Of a DNA stretch of 64,000 nt, positions 47,677 to 58,151 are shown piece by piece. A program made the position numbers and the translations under genes. How positions within the stretch are numbered: position 1 is the first letter of the stretch; every line of letters starts with the position of its first letter. Origin of the DNA: a virus. The stretch is from positions 1 to 64,000 of the IMG/VR virus record IMGVR_UViG_3300035696_000016; one strand, written 5' to 3'. The notes under the pieces are model-generated. The model was not told where the DNA came from. It did not search any database and was given only the letters and a program-made list of their open reading frames with translations.

Positions 47677-48375
47677 GTGGAAAATATTTACCTTTCTGCT
47701 ATCCATAATGTAGTTAAAATTGAAAATAAAAAAGAGCGTTTAGAACAAGTAAAAGAATTAGAAGATTACATATTCGAGACTAAAAACACATATATGGCGT
47801 TGCGACTTGCATATGAATTAGAGTTCATTGGGGTCAGGACTACGCGAATAGAAAATTATATATGTAAAACTGGTAATGGGCGTTTGATTTACCGTTTTGC
47901 TTCTAATATAGAAAAATCAAATATTCAAAAACTCCAAAATGCGATCATTGAATCGAATGATTTTGAAGAAATGGCGCGTTTTGCTTGTTTTGTTAATGGA
48001 GCAGATAAGAATAAAATAGGCGATATCATTGCTCAATCAAACAACATTAAAGCACAATACTTATACATGTGCTTCGTTAAGACATACCCATATATTAATT
48101 TTAGAGAAAGTGTATTAAAATCAAAACGACCACGGTATATTTTTCAATACGCAAAAGTATCAAAAAATGAAAAAGATTTAGAAATAATTCAGGAATTAAT
48201 TTTGAATAGTAAAAGTCTTATGTATTGTAGATTATTTTGCAAAATGTTTCCAAAAATGGATATAAAACGATTCGAGGACAAAGTCTTACGAAGTAAGAAC
48301 GCAAGAGAAATTAGATTATTCGCCAATGAGATTCCGTCAGCAGAACGAGCCAGAACGATGATGTTGTTATTCTAA
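47677..48375 (+). CDS. Helical-repeat protein with tail
   Basis: Roughly 29-aa repeats (I..S.....Y.FA..V...D...L); ends ARTMMLLF. Confidence 0.65.
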   Translation: MENIYLSAIHNVVKIENKKERLEQVKELEDYIFETKNTYMALRLAYELEFIGVRTTRIENYICKTGNGRLIYRFASNIEKSNIQKLQNAIIESNDFEEMARFACFVNGADKNKIGDIIAQSNNIKAQYLYMCFVKTYPYINFRESVLKSKRPRYIFQYAKVSKNEKDLEIIQELILNSKSLMYCRLFCKMFPKMDIKRFEDKVLRSKNAREIRLFANEIPSAERARTMMLLF

Positions 48376-49088
48376 AATAAATGAAATATATCGCTTGAAC
48401 ATGAAGGAGATGTGTCGCAAGGATTTAATAGTTCAGGATCACAATTATACAGATAACAAAAATATTTTAGATCTATCAATGTAATACATGATGAAGCAAA
48501 GTCCGCGCCCGGTGCCATGATAGAATAATCACGCAAGTGCATCATTTTTAAGTTATGAGCATACTCGTGTTCTACAATAGTTTTATATTCTTCGATACTA
48601 TCAATTCTTCCATTAACAATATATATTGTTTTTATATCTTGGTTAGTTTCATTGTCTATATCGGCATATCCTGCAATAGGTGCTTGTAATAAATCATCCG
48701 TTCGTTGAATTAATGGATCGGTTCCTTGTGCTGGCTTAATTCTTATTATATTAAACAACGTGTTTGGGTTTAATCTTATTTTTATATTGGGATAATACCC
48801 CACCTCATAGGTTATATTAACAATACCTTTCGTAGCATATACCCATTGATCTAACGCATCTTTTATTGTATCTACTTCTATTTTACTAAATGTTGGATCT
48901 ATTAATACGATAGATTTTATATAGATAGGTTCATTAGATTGTGTTGTTAGTAATGTTTCATTGTGTTCAATAATTGGTTGCGGTGTATCGTTTGATAAAG
49001 TTTTTGGAATAAACGATCGTATCGTATAAATTGTTGTAAATATAAAAACTAATAGTAGTAAAAGTCTAAAAAAATAATATATTTTCAT
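48372..49088 (-). CDS. Membrane-anchored matrixin (M10-like) metalloprotease
   Basis: HEYAHNLKMMH..SIM Met-turn; N-terminal TM. Confidence 0.75.
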   Translation of the reverse strand: MKIYYFFRLLLLLVFIFTTIYTIRSFIPKTLSNDTPQPIIEHNETLLTTQSNEPIYIKSIVLIDPTFSKIEVDTIKDALDQWVYATKGIVNITYEVGYYPNIKIRLNPNTLFNIIRIKPAQGTDPLIQRTDDLLQAPIAGYADIDNETNQDIKTIYIVNGRIDSIEEYKTIVEHEYAHNLKMMHLRDYSIMAPGADFASSCITLIDLKYFCYLYNCDPELLNPCDTSPSCSSDIFHLF

Positions 49089-49705
49089 TTAATATTACAT
49101 ACCTTCATATCACTATAATTAAATCTATAAATAGAACAGACATTTTTTATATCTAATTCAGTAATTTTATTAGAGCCTATGTCAGTAAATCTATACATAA
49201 CACTATTCTTGTCATCAGAATGACCTAATCCCAAAAAATGTCCGATCTCATGAATCGAGATTGTCCAAATATCATCAGTTCCTATTCTATCCATCCTTAA
49301 TAATATAACGCTCGGATGTTTAGTTCCAATTAAAAATAACCCAACAACAAACCTATCCGTTCTATCATCGCCTTGTTCAAGTTTTTTGTCAGCCTCAATT
49401 ATATGTTCGTTTTTAGAATCAACCTTCCATATGAATAAATCTTTTTTGTCAGCGGCTTCGAAATATTCATAATGAGTATCATAATGTATCTTAAATCTTA
49501 TTTTGTAATTTAAAGAACATTCCCAAGATTTTAATGCATTAGTTATACTGGTTTCTTCTGGTTCAGAGAAACGGTAATCTATATAAACGTTTGTTTGGAC
49601 TGATTCACCGCCAGAAGATAATACTGGAAATAATAACGGTGTGGGTTTAGTGCATCCTACAAGAATAAGAAATATTACAATAATAAATGCGAGAAGTTTC
49701 CTCAC
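49085..49705 (-). CDS. Matrixin (M10-like) metalloprotease lipoprotein
   Basis: Lipobox LVGC; HEIGHFLGLGHSDDKNSVM. Confidence 0.85.
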   Translation of the reverse strand: MRKLLAFIIVIFLILVGCTKPTPLLFPVLSSGGESVQTNVYIDYRFSEPEETSITNALKSWECSLNYKIRFKIHYDTHYEYFEAADKKDLFIWKVDSKNEHIIEADKKLEQGDDRTDRFVVGLFLIGTKHPSVILLRMDRIGTDDIWTISIHEIGHFLGLGHSDDKNSVMYRFTDIGSNKITELDIKNVCSIYRFNYSDMKVCNIK

Positions 49706-49738
49706 AAAGATATATGTATAAATTAGTATATATGGACT

Positions 49739-50608
49739 ATGAGCGATTTTAATAAATTAGCAGAAAAGTTTGAATATTGGTGTGATCAGCCATTAGAAGT
49801 TATTGCGAAAGCGGTAAAGGAAAAAAAGAAAAGTAAAAACCTAAAACCCTCCGCAAAATCCCGTCATAGAGGGACAGTTGCAGTAGATGTCAATCATCCC
49901 AAAAATAAATCAAATGTTCAGCATTTTCCGGTCAATTCAGAAGCGCAGGGAGCAAATGCGATAGCGCGCGTGCATCAATATAGTTCAGCGCCTGAATGGT
50001 GGTCAGGAAGCCTTAAAGAGTTGCAAAATACAGTGGTTAGAAAAGTTCATAGTGAATATCCGGGCATCAAAATAAAAGATTTAGAAAAGAAGAAAAAGAA
50101 ATCATCATTAGAAATACTGCTCGAAAAATATGCAGACAACGAAGACGCATTCGTAAAATGTCCCGTATGCAAAGATAATCGTTTAGCATCATCCCCCGCT
50201 CATGCAAAGGTTCATGCAAGACAATGTGCTAAAAAACATAATGTTGATGCATCTAAATATAAGTCATTCATTGAAGAGGCAGAAGCAAAATCAAAACATA
50301 AAAAATCAGCAGATGAATCGATATCATTAACCAAGACCGCTAATCCACAAGCGTTTTCAGCCATCGTAAGTCAATACGAAGGTAGCGCGGATTGTGTTAG
50401 AGATTTTGCTCATGCAATGAAACTATCAGCAGAACAGTTTGCTCGTGAAAGCGATTTAAATAATCCAAAAGATCGCCGTATTTATGATATTCTATTGAAA
50501 GCAGCAAATGTTGTTTTTGAAACAGTTCCAGAATTGGAAGCATTAGACCAAGAGATGGAAAAAACTTGGAACGCACCAGATCAGGCACAGGGCGAAGGAG
50601 AAATTTAA
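49739..50608 (+). CDS. Hypothetical protein, possibly virion-associated
   Basis: MSDFNKLAEKFE; K-rich segments; CPVC. Confidence 0.6.
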   Translation: MSDFNKLAEKFEYWCDQPLEVIAKAVKEKKKSKNLKPSAKSRHRGTVAVDVNHPKNKSNVQHFPVNSEAQGANAIARVHQYSSAPEWWSGSLKELQNTVVRKVHSEYPGIKIKDLEKKKKKSSLEILLEKYADNEDAFVKCPVCKDNRLASSPAHAKVHARQCAKKHNVDASKYKSFIEEAEAKSKHKKSADESISLTKTANPQAFSAIVSQYEGSADCVRDFAHAMKLSAEQFARESDLNNPKDRRIYDILLKAANVVFETVPELEALDQEMEKTWNAPDQAQGEGEI

Positions 50609-50655
50609 TTTACGCACCTTACGCTAAAAACATTAGTAATTAAATTGGTGATGTT

Positions 50656-51288
50656 ATGAAGTATCCACGCACCTTTCACCTAACATTTTCACATTGTTCC
50701 AATGATGATAAAATCTTGGATGATAACTCCTATTTTTTAAATAGAGAAATAATTATCAGTAGCAAGTTAGACGGATCATCAGTTGCATTGTCTAATGGTG
50801 ATGTATTCGCTCGTTCTCATGCACAAGTCCCAACGCATCCAAGTTTCAATTTACTAAAACAAATACATAGTGAATTAAGACATAGTATTCATCCAAATTT
50901 AATCATATATGCCGAATGGTTATATGCACGACATACAAATAAATACACACAATTACCATCATACCTACAAGTATTCAATATTCTCGATAAAAACTCACAT
51001 ACATTCCTATCTTGGATAGATGTGGAATTAGTGTGTGATATATTAAATATTAATACAGTTCCGGTTCTTTTTAGTGGCATAGTGAAGACAGAAAAAGAAT
51101 TAGAAAAATTAGTTCTTTCATTAGCGAAAGAAAAAGAGTTTGATATAGACGAACGCGAGGGCGTTGTTGTTAGGGATGCGAGATTTTTTCAGCAAGATGA
51201 GTTTCCAAAATCAGTCGCAAAATATGTCAAAAAATCTTTTACAGAAAGCATTGGCGACGAACATTGGAAACATAAAAATATGTCATGA
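50656..51288 (+). CDS. ATP-dependent RNA ligase family protein
   Basis: KYPRT.HL, KLDGS, YAEW, EGVVVR, AKYV. Confidence 0.85.
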   Translation: MKYPRTFHLTFSHCSNDDKILDDNSYFLNREIIISSKLDGSSVALSNGDVFARSHAQVPTHPSFNLLKQIHSELRHSIHPNLIIYAEWLYARHTNKYTQLPSYLQVFNILDKNSHTFLSWIDVELVCDILNINTVPVLFSGIVKTEKELEKLVLSLAKEKEFDIDEREGVVVRDARFFQQDEFPKSVAKYVKKSFTESIGDEHWKHKNMS

Positions 51289-51578
51289 AAAAAGAGGATA
51301 TAGAAAAATTACAATTATTGGCAAATGATAACTATCATTTTCTAACGATCTTATTAAATAAGATAATAAAAGAAGAAGTAAAAAATCACAATATGGGCGA
51401 GCCATACGAGTATTGGCTCCATAATAATTATTATGAAGACACAGATGGTGTTAGGTCGGCTTGTAGAAAATGTAGTTATATTATTGATGTTGAGTGTAGC
51501 CGTAATACTAATTACAAAAACGTATTAATAGAACATATCAATGTTGGAACAATACGTTTTTGTAAGGCTAATATATGA
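51285..51578 (+). CDS. Hypothetical Zn-binding protein, paralog of 51575
   Basis: DIEK...LAN..H; H.M; CRKC. Confidence 0.6.
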   Translation: MKKEDIEKLQLLANDNYHFLTILLNKIIKEEVKNHNMGEPYEYWLHNNYYEDTDGVRSACRKCSYIIDVECSRNTNYKNVLIEHINVGTIRFCKANI

Positions 51579-51856
51579 ACAATGACGACATAGAAAAATT
51601 TCGCCCGCTTGCAAATAACACAAAACATTTAATCCAGATCATTTTAGAAAAAATGACAAAAGAGGCATGTGAGATTGGGCATGAGATGTCAGGGAAGTTT
51701 CAGGAGTTTTACAATTTTGGCGGTCAAGGTGTAGTATATTCATATTGTAAATATTGCGCTTACGAAATTGAAATAGAATTGATCACGACTGACAAAAAAG
51801 AAGAGAAAATATACGTTAAAGAAATTGCAGCGTTGAAAAAATTATGTGAAAAATAA
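51575..51856 (+). CDS. Hypothetical Zn-binding protein, paralog of 51285
   Basis: DIEK...LAN..H; HEM; CKYC. Confidence 0.6.
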   Translation: MNNDDIEKFRPLANNTKHLIQIILEKMTKEACEIGHEMSGKFQEFYNFGGQGVVYSYCKYCAYEIEIELITTDKKEEKIYVKEIAALKKLCEK

Positions 51857-51891
51857 AACGCTGATATATTTTATATTGAGGAGACTATACA

Positions 51892-52293
51892 ATGAAATTA
51901 TTTTACCAATTAGATCACGAACAAAGGCACAATGCTACCCATTATATGATTGATATAGTGGTTCAAAATATGATTGAGGACGGTGTAGAAATTGATCCAG
52001 AAGATGATGAAGAAGAAATTGAAATGAAAGAAAAAATGCGTGAAGCGTTTGAGCACATAAAACAGTTTGATCAATATGAAGACAAGATAGAATATCTTAT
52101 GTCCGATGATGATATAAATAGTATCCTGCATCAAATTGGAGAAAACATGGCGACCGGAGCCTATTACCATGAGGACAGTGAAATGGTAGTGTTTGAGGGC
52201 GAAATTACGCCAGAAGACGGCGATGAAGTAAAAGAAGACGATGGAACGGTAAAAAATGTCATCAGCAGTGATGATAAAAAGATGTTGAATTAA
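51892..52293 (+). CDS. Highly acidic hypothetical protein
   Basis: GAGGAG ribosome-binding site; TGATATATT extended -10 at 51862; D/E-rich. Confidence 0.65.
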   Translation: MKLFYQLDHEQRHNATHYMIDIVVQNMIEDGVEIDPEDDEEEIEMKEKMREAFEHIKQFDQYEDKIEYLMSDDDINSILHQIGENMATGAYYHEDSEMVVFEGEITPEDGDEVKEDDGTVKNVISSDDKKMLN

Positions 52294-52294
52294 T

Positions 52295-52531
52295 ATGTCA
52301 GAACGAAAACTTACATGGTCAGATGAAGAAATAATCGTCATCAATCCTATGATTTATGTTGTTGATGCGATAAAAAGAAATGACAAAACAGTTAACTTAT
52401 CAAATATTAATAAATTAATAAAATTGTGTTTCTCACTTTCCCTAAATAGAAAAGAATATATTCTCGATAGAATTGAGAAGGCGTTCCCTCATTTAAAAGA
52501 CGAAATAGATAAATATAGGATTTTAGTATGA
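52295..52531 (+). CDS. Tailed protein, family E-like
   Basis: IEKAFPHLKDEIDKYRILV. Confidence 0.65.
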   Translation: MSERKLTWSDEEIIVINPMIYVVDAIKRNDKTVNLSNINKLIKLCFSLSLNRKEYILDRIEKAFPHLKDEIDKYRILV

Positions 52532-53268
52532 CAACGAGCGTTATGCTTACTACATTTAACCGTCTTTCGCTCACACAGCGAACATTCGATAATTTTTTTG
52601 CCACGACAAAATCGCCCTATCATTTAATCATTACAGATAATGGTTCCACGGATGGAACGCCTGAATATCTAAAATCATTAAAAGTGAATGAGTTTTGTCT
52701 ATCATACGATATTCATTTAAATGCTGAAAATCTTGGCATTGCCCGCGGAAGAAATCGTGGATTGAAAATTGCTGAAAAATATAATGCAGAATATTTATGC
52801 ACAATGGATCCCGATGTTGAATTACCAGATGATTGGCTCGGAAAATGCATTGATATAATTGGTTCCAATCCTAATTTTGTAATTGGAGTTAATTTTGAAG
52901 ACACGACATACCCGCCAATTACTATAAATAATAAAACATTCCAATTAAAGGCTCGTGGAAATCTTGGTTCCGCATTAATGGTGTTCAAGAAAGAATTACA
53001 CAATAAAATAGGCTATTTTTATACAGATTGGCCAAAGCCAAGGTATGCCCACGAAGACGCAGACGCTGGTCAGAGAATGAGATTGGCAGGATACAAATTA
53101 GGATACCTATTGGAGAACGGCGTCCATTTAGGGGTTGGAGCAGAAGACAGCGGCGAATATCGTCAAATGAAAGACGAATGCTCAAAAGCAAATCTCACCC
53201 AGTTCCATCAAAATTGCGCATTATATACAAGTGGTAAAAAATCCATTTACATTCCTTTCAATGGTTAG
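52528..53268 (+). CDS. Glycosyltransferase family 2
   Basis: TTFNR, TDNGSTDGT, NLGIARGRN, DPD, HEDAD. Confidence 0.9.
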   Translation: MTTSVMLTTFNRLSLTQRTFDNFFATTKSPYHLIITDNGSTDGTPEYLKSLKVNEFCLSYDIHLNAENLGIARGRNRGLKIAEKYNAEYLCTMDPDVELPDDWLGKCIDIIGSNPNFVIGVNFEDTTYPPITINNKTFQLKARGNLGSALMVFKKELHNKIGYFYTDWPKPRYAHEDADAGQRMRLAGYKLGYLLENGVHLGVGAEDSGEYRQMKDECSKANLTQFHQNCALYTSGKKSIYIPFNG

Positions 53269-53286
53269 ACATACTATTAAGGAATT

Positions 53287-55188
53287 ATGCATCCAGCGGA
53301 ATATCAGCAGAGAAATCATAAATTAATAAAACTAATTATAGATCATTTTGGTCATCGTTATTTTTTAAATAAAACAGTTTTAGATTTAGGTTGTTTCAAT
53401 GGTGATTTAGCCAATGCCTTCGCACGAATTGGTGCCAAAATAACAGCAGTTGATGCTCGAAAAGAGCATATCGACGATATAAATAAAAAATACCCTCATA
53501 TCCGCACGATCCAATTAGATTTAGATAAAGATTGGCCGTTTGCGGATTTTGAATTTAATATCGTTCTTTCACTCGGTGTGATGTGCCATTTAAAGGATTA
53601 CGCGAAACACTTAAACAATATATGTTCCGCCGCAGAAGTAGTTGTTTTAGAAACAGAAGTTCTTGATTTTGCTCATGAAAAAAGCGAAATGCATCGTGAA
53701 GATAATGTGATTCCAGATCGTTCGTTTAACGGTGAAATTAATTTAGTAAGCGGACTTGCAATACAAAATAAGTTGTCAGAAATTGGTGCTACATTCAAAA
53801 GAATTGATGATACAAAATTAAATGTTAGAGGTCATCGATACGATTGGAGAGAACATAACACCGGTAAAAACGATGGACTCCGAAGAATATGGTTTATTAG
53901 AAGAGATAAGCACATTGCTCAAAAGGTATTAAATGAACAGAGAATGGTATTGGCGAGACAAGAAGCGGATGAGAGAGCAAAAAGGTTAGCAAGCGAAGAG
54001 CAACAAAGGAAAGAGAGAGAAGAAAAAGATAGAGCAGAAGCGGAAGCAAGATCAAAGGAAATGCCGGTTCCTCATATTGCAAGACAGTTTCCGCCGCCTG
54101 ATGTGAATATTATACCCGAAATAAAATCGGAACAAATTATGTGTTCAATGCAGCCAATACAAACGAGTAATCAATCAGTTAAATTATACCCATTGCCAGA
54201 TGATCTTTCCACGCTTCGTAAAAATAATGAAAAACTTCGTGTATTATATTTAGAGTTGGGCGAACAACAAGGAATGCGAGATGCATTCAATAATATTGGT
54301 GTTGATTTACAAGTATATGATTATTGGTCAAGTTGGTTAAATCATAAAAATCATTCAAGATTAAAATCAGAGTTTTTGCAAAAAGTAAATGATTTAAAAC
54401 CACAATTAATACACACACAATTACAATTTACTGGATTATTAAAAGATGCATTAAATGAAGCCAGAACAACATCACAAGGAACAATTATAACAAATTGGTC
54501 AGGAGATGTCAGAGCCAATGCAGTATCAGATTTTATTACTATTGGTAGATTAGTTGATTATTCATTAATATCAAGCACCGGACAATTAAATATGTATAAA
54601 AGTGCTGGACTGAATAACATTCAATATTGGCAAATCGGGTTAGATCCAAAAATCAATTATGCTAAAAATGCAACAGAATTTAAATATGATGGAGTATTTT
54701 TGGGAAACCATTATGGTGGAACATTCCCAGATGGAAGAATGAGACATGATGCAGTTAGCAAATGCAAAGATGTTTTTGGTAGTAGGTTCGGATTATTCGG
54801 AAATGGTTATGGAAGTAAATCAAATGGTAGCGTGGAAAACAGAAGAGCCAATGACATATATAATGAAAGTATATGTTGCGTTAGTATAAGTAATTTTAAT
54901 AATATAGCACATTATTTTTCAGATAGATTATTACATTGTTTAGGATCAGGAAGACCAACAATATCTTGGTATTTTCCGGGGATTGAAGATTATTTTATTG
55001 AAGGCGAGAATATATTAATCGCTCGTTCAATACAAAACTTGGTAGATAAAATTGAATGGTGCAAAAATAATATAAATGAAGCCAATAGAATTGGTAAAAA
55101 TGGCTATAATCTTGTTATGAAAAATCATACATTTACTTCGAGAGTATTAGAATTATTAAATATAACGGGACTAATTGGAAAACTATAA
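53287..55188 (+). CDS. SAM methyltransferase fused to a CgeB-like GT-B glycosyltransferase
   Basis: VLDLGCFNG and DAR; coiled-coil linker; FLGN, YFSDRL...LGSG, GY..V...HTF..R. Confidence 0.8.
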   Translation: MHPAEYQQRNHKLIKLIIDHFGHRYFLNKTVLDLGCFNGDLANAFARIGAKITAVDARKEHIDDINKKYPHIRTIQLDLDKDWPFADFEFNIVLSLGVMCHLKDYAKHLNNICSAAEVVVLETEVLDFAHEKSEMHREDNVIPDRSFNGEINLVSGLAIQNKLSEIGATFKRIDDTKLNVRGHRYDWREHNTGKNDGLRRIWFIRRDKHIAQKVLNEQRMVLARQEADERAKRLASEEQQRKEREEKDRAEAEARSKEMPVPHIARQFPPPDVNIIPEIKSEQIMCSMQPIQTSNQSVKLYPLPDDLSTLRKNNEKLRVLYLELGEQQGMRDAFNNIGVDLQVYDYWSSWLNHKNHSRLKSEFLQKVNDLKPQLIHTQLQFTGLLKDALNEARTTSQGTIITNWSGDVRANAVSDFITIGRLVDYSLISSTGQLNMYKSAGLNNIQYWQIGLDPKINYAKNATEFKYDGVFLGNHYGGTFPDGRMRHDAVSKCKDVFGSRFGLFGNGYGSKSNGSVENRRANDIYNESICCVSISNFNNIAHYFSDRLLHCLGSGRPTISWYFPGIEDYFIEGENILIARSIQNLVDKIEWCKNNINEANRIGKNGYNLVMKNHTFTSRVLELLNITGLIGKL

Positions 55189-55751
55189 TGATTAGGTTAT
55201 TTTACAATTATTATGAAGATAAAAATCCTACAAGAAAACAGGAAATAGATTTATGTTATAAAAATAATTTAGCAAATCCATTACTAAATGTTGTTATTTT
55301 GGACACAAAAGATAGACCTACATATAAATTTTTTTTTGATAAGATAAATGAAATAACAAGTAATAATGATATCAATATAATATGTAATTCAGATATATTT
55401 TTTGATGAAACGATTAGTCTAACAGAAAAACTAAAAGAAAAACAAGTGTGGGCATTGTCGCGTTGGGATTGGAAAGGAAATGGCACGAGCATTCATTTTA
55501 ATCGCCAAGATAGCCAAGATACTTGGATAATTAGAGGAAAAGTTGAAAACGTATATGGAGATTTTCCATTAGGCAAAAGAGGTTGCGATAACAGAATTGC
55601 TCACGAGTTTCATAAAGCAGGGTATAGCATCAGTAATCCAAGCAAAACGGTAAAAAGTCATCATGTTCATAATTCCAATATAAGAACATATGGAATGAAA
55701 GATGTTGTTCCGCCCCCATATAAGGTTCTTCCGCCAGAGGATTTACCATGA
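55188..55751 (+). CDS. Putative GT-A-like glycosylation protein
   Basis: NSDIFFD, ALSRW, DSQDTW, G..GCDN, H.H. Confidence 0.55.
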   Translation: MIRLFYNYYEDKNPTRKQEIDLCYKNNLANPLLNVVILDTKDRPTYKFFFDKINEITSNNDINIICNSDIFFDETISLTEKLKEKQVWALSRWDWKGNGTSIHFNRQDSQDTWIIRGKVENVYGDFPLGKRGCDNRIAHEFHKAGYSISNPSKTVKSHHVHNSNIRTYGMKDVVPPPYKVLPPEDLP

Positions 55752-56653
55752 ACATAGTTTTTTACAATCATTTTCATAACGGCGATATTCATGTCAGTCG
55801 AGGATTTATTCGTAAAATAATGGAAAAAACAAAAGAGATGCACAAAGATGTATCGTTTTGTTATACGCATAAAAATTATGCTGGATTGTTGGCAGATATC
55901 GATGGATTAATATATGACAGGGGCGTATTGGGTAATTGTGGTAGCGAACATAATACTTGGCATAAAAATGGCGATACAGTATATATAAATACTTGGTATG
56001 CACAAGGAAAATTTAAGCACATGAATAGATACGGTATATCTATGGATTGTTTATATTCAGCCTTGGATGAAAATTGCATTGGAGCATTGGGGTTTTCACT
56101 TGGAGATATTGGTTGCGATCCAAAAGAGTTTTTTCCAATAATTAATTATAGCAAGTTTTATATTGGAGAAGCGAAAAAATGGCTGGATGAGCATACTGGG
56201 AAAAAGATTTTTATATCAAATGGAAAAGTGTTGTCGGGACAAGCACACGAGTTCAATATGAATGGTATTATTGAAAGCGTTGCAAAAAAACATAGCGATA
56301 AGATTTTTATTGTTTCCAATAATGAAGGAAAGATTAATTTACCAAATGTTATTTATTCTTGTGATATAATAAAGAAAAACGGAAATGATTTAAATGAGAA
56401 TGCATTTTTGAGCGAATATTGCGATGTGATTATTGGAAGGGCATCGGGAACATTTAGTTTCGCATTAACGCAAAAAAATCTATTCGAGAGAAATATTAAG
56501 TTTTTATGTTTTTCTAACTTGGTTCCAAAGAAAGACGGAAAGTTTTGGTTGGATGATATGTTTAGCGATAAAATAAATTATAATTCACCGATGATTACAA
56601 CGAATGAGAACGATCAAAATAAGATTATAAAAATTATTGGAGAAAATATATGA
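55748..56653 (+). CDS. Putative glycosyltransferase-like protein
   Basis: HNGDIH, CDVIIGRASG; cluster context. Confidence 0.5.
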   Translation: MNIVFYNHFHNGDIHVSRGFIRKIMEKTKEMHKDVSFCYTHKNYAGLLADIDGLIYDRGVLGNCGSEHNTWHKNGDTVYINTWYAQGKFKHMNRYGISMDCLYSALDENCIGALGFSLGDIGCDPKEFFPIINYSKFYIGEAKKWLDEHTGKKIFISNGKVLSGQAHEFNMNGIIESVAKKHSDKIFIVSNNEGKINLPNVIYSCDIIKKNGNDLNENAFLSEYCDVIIGRASGTFSFALTQKNLFERNIKFLCFSNLVPKKDGKFWLDDMFSDKINYNSPMITTNENDQNKIIKIIGENI

Positions 56654-57549
56654 AAGTATTATTCGTTGGTGGCGGCAGAAGAGTTTCACTTGCTAATAGA
56701 TTTATTGCAGGCGGGTTCGATGTATTAGCATATGAAACAGATGTTAGATGCCCCGTTGCAAGTATTGGAGAAGTCATTCAGGGGAAAAAATGGAATGAAG
56801 CGGGCATCGAAGAAGATTTATTGAATGTATTTTCAGAAAGAAAAATAGATATTGCTATCCCGTTGCAAGACGCAGCAACAACGATATTGTCAAGAATATC
56901 AAATAAAACATTTACTAAAATACCTACGGCATCAGAAGAAACTAATAGTTTATGTTTAAATAAAACATTGTTTGAGAAAAAATTATGCAATGAAGATATC
57001 TATCCATCGGTAGAAAAAAATTGTGATGTAATGATAAAACCAGTTTTTGGATTTAATTCAAAGGGAATAAAACGCATTAGTTATTACGATTATAGTCGAG
57101 GTGAGTATGACGAAGAGGTCGTAGCGCAAAAGTTCATTGATGGAAAGCGAGAAGTTTCCGTTGATGCATATTTTAATAGAGATGCAAAAATGGTGGATGC
57201 AGTGCCAAGATGGCGCGTTGAAGTGCAAGGCGGAGAGGTTAGTAAAAGCACAACAATGCGTCGAGATGAGTTTGGATTAATTGAAATAACAAGAAAAATC
57301 GGAGAACAGTTTGGGTTGATTGGGCCCACATGTTGTCAATACATAATTGACAACAACGACAAGCCGTTTATTATGGAAATAAATGCTCGTTTCGGTGGCG
57401 GAGTTATTTTGAGTTTGGAAGCAGGGCTGGATATGGTAAGTATCATTAAAAATGAATATATAGAAGGAATTACATATCCGCCAAGAAATCATAATTGGAA
57501 AGAAAGTTTTTCAATGGTTAGATATTTTCAGGAGTATTTTTATGAGTAA
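56650..57549 (+). CDS. ATP-grasp protein (carbamoyl-phosphate-synthetase-like, polysaccharide clusters)
   Basis: GGGRRVSL, IKP.FG..SKG, QKFI.G..E.SVD, EINARFGGG. Confidence 0.85.
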   Translation: MKVLFVGGGRRVSLANRFIAGGFDVLAYETDVRCPVASIGEVIQGKKWNEAGIEEDLLNVFSERKIDIAIPLQDAATTILSRISNKTFTKIPTASEETNSLCLNKTLFEKKLCNEDIYPSVEKNCDVMIKPVFGFNSKGIKRISYYDYSRGEYDEEVVAQKFIDGKREVSVDAYFNRDAKMVDAVPRWRVEVQGGEVSKSTTMRRDEFGLIEITRKIGEQFGLIGPTCCQYIIDNNDKPFIMEINARFGGGVILSLEAGLDMVSIIKNEYIEGITYPPRNHNWKESFSMVRYFQEYFYE

Positions 57550-57841
57550 GACATATGTGTTTGACCTCGATGGTTCATTGTGTGAGGAACGAAAAACATT
57601 CGAAAAAGCATTGGCAAAACCATATCAGCATGTGATAGATATTGCAAATAAATTATATGATAACGGTAATACAATAATCGTATATACTGCAAGAAGTTGG
57701 GGTGAATATAAAATAACAGAACATTGGCTACAAGTAAATGGTGTTAAATATAATTTATTAATGTGCGGTAAAGTGATATATGATCATTGGATTGATGATA
57801 GGGCAATAAATATAAAAGATGTGGAAACTATAAAGGAATAA
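57542..57841 (+). CDS. HAD-family (capsule-biosynthesis-type) phosphatase
   Basis: FDLDGS, YTAR, GK, IDDRA. Confidence 0.85.
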   Translation: MSKTYVFDLDGSLCEERKTFEKALAKPYQHVIDIANKLYDNGNTIIVYTARSWGEYKITEHWLQVNGVKYNLLMCGKVIYDHWIDDRAINIKDVETIKE

Positions 57842-57842
57842 A

Positions 57843-58151
57843 ATGGCTGATACATTGGGTGGAATTATTGATAAATTATTTACGATCGATACCAAAATGT
57901 GGGTTAATCAGGATTTAATTTATGAGATACGAAGAATGAGTTTTGATGAATATAAAACAAAATATTTTACCAATGAAGAGGGTGCCCAAAAACTATGGGA
58001 TTGTTTAAAAAAGGCTTGCGATCTTAATGTGCAGAGGAACGCCCTCATTGATGAAATTGATCAAAAAATAATTGAGATGATTGAAGCGAAGTTTAGCGGT
58101 GAAGAGTTAGATGGTGGAAAGTTTTTGCAAAGAAAACATAAAACTTATTAA
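57843..58151 (+). CDS. Helical protein (DUF4254-like)
   Basis: G..IDKL.....KMW..Q; LN.QRN.LIDEID. Confidence 0.55.
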   Translation: MADTLGGIIDKLFTIDTKMWVNQDLIYEIRRMSFDEYKTKYFTNEEGAQKLWDCLKKACDLNVQRNALIDEIDQKIIEMIEAKFSGEELDGGKFLQRKHKTY

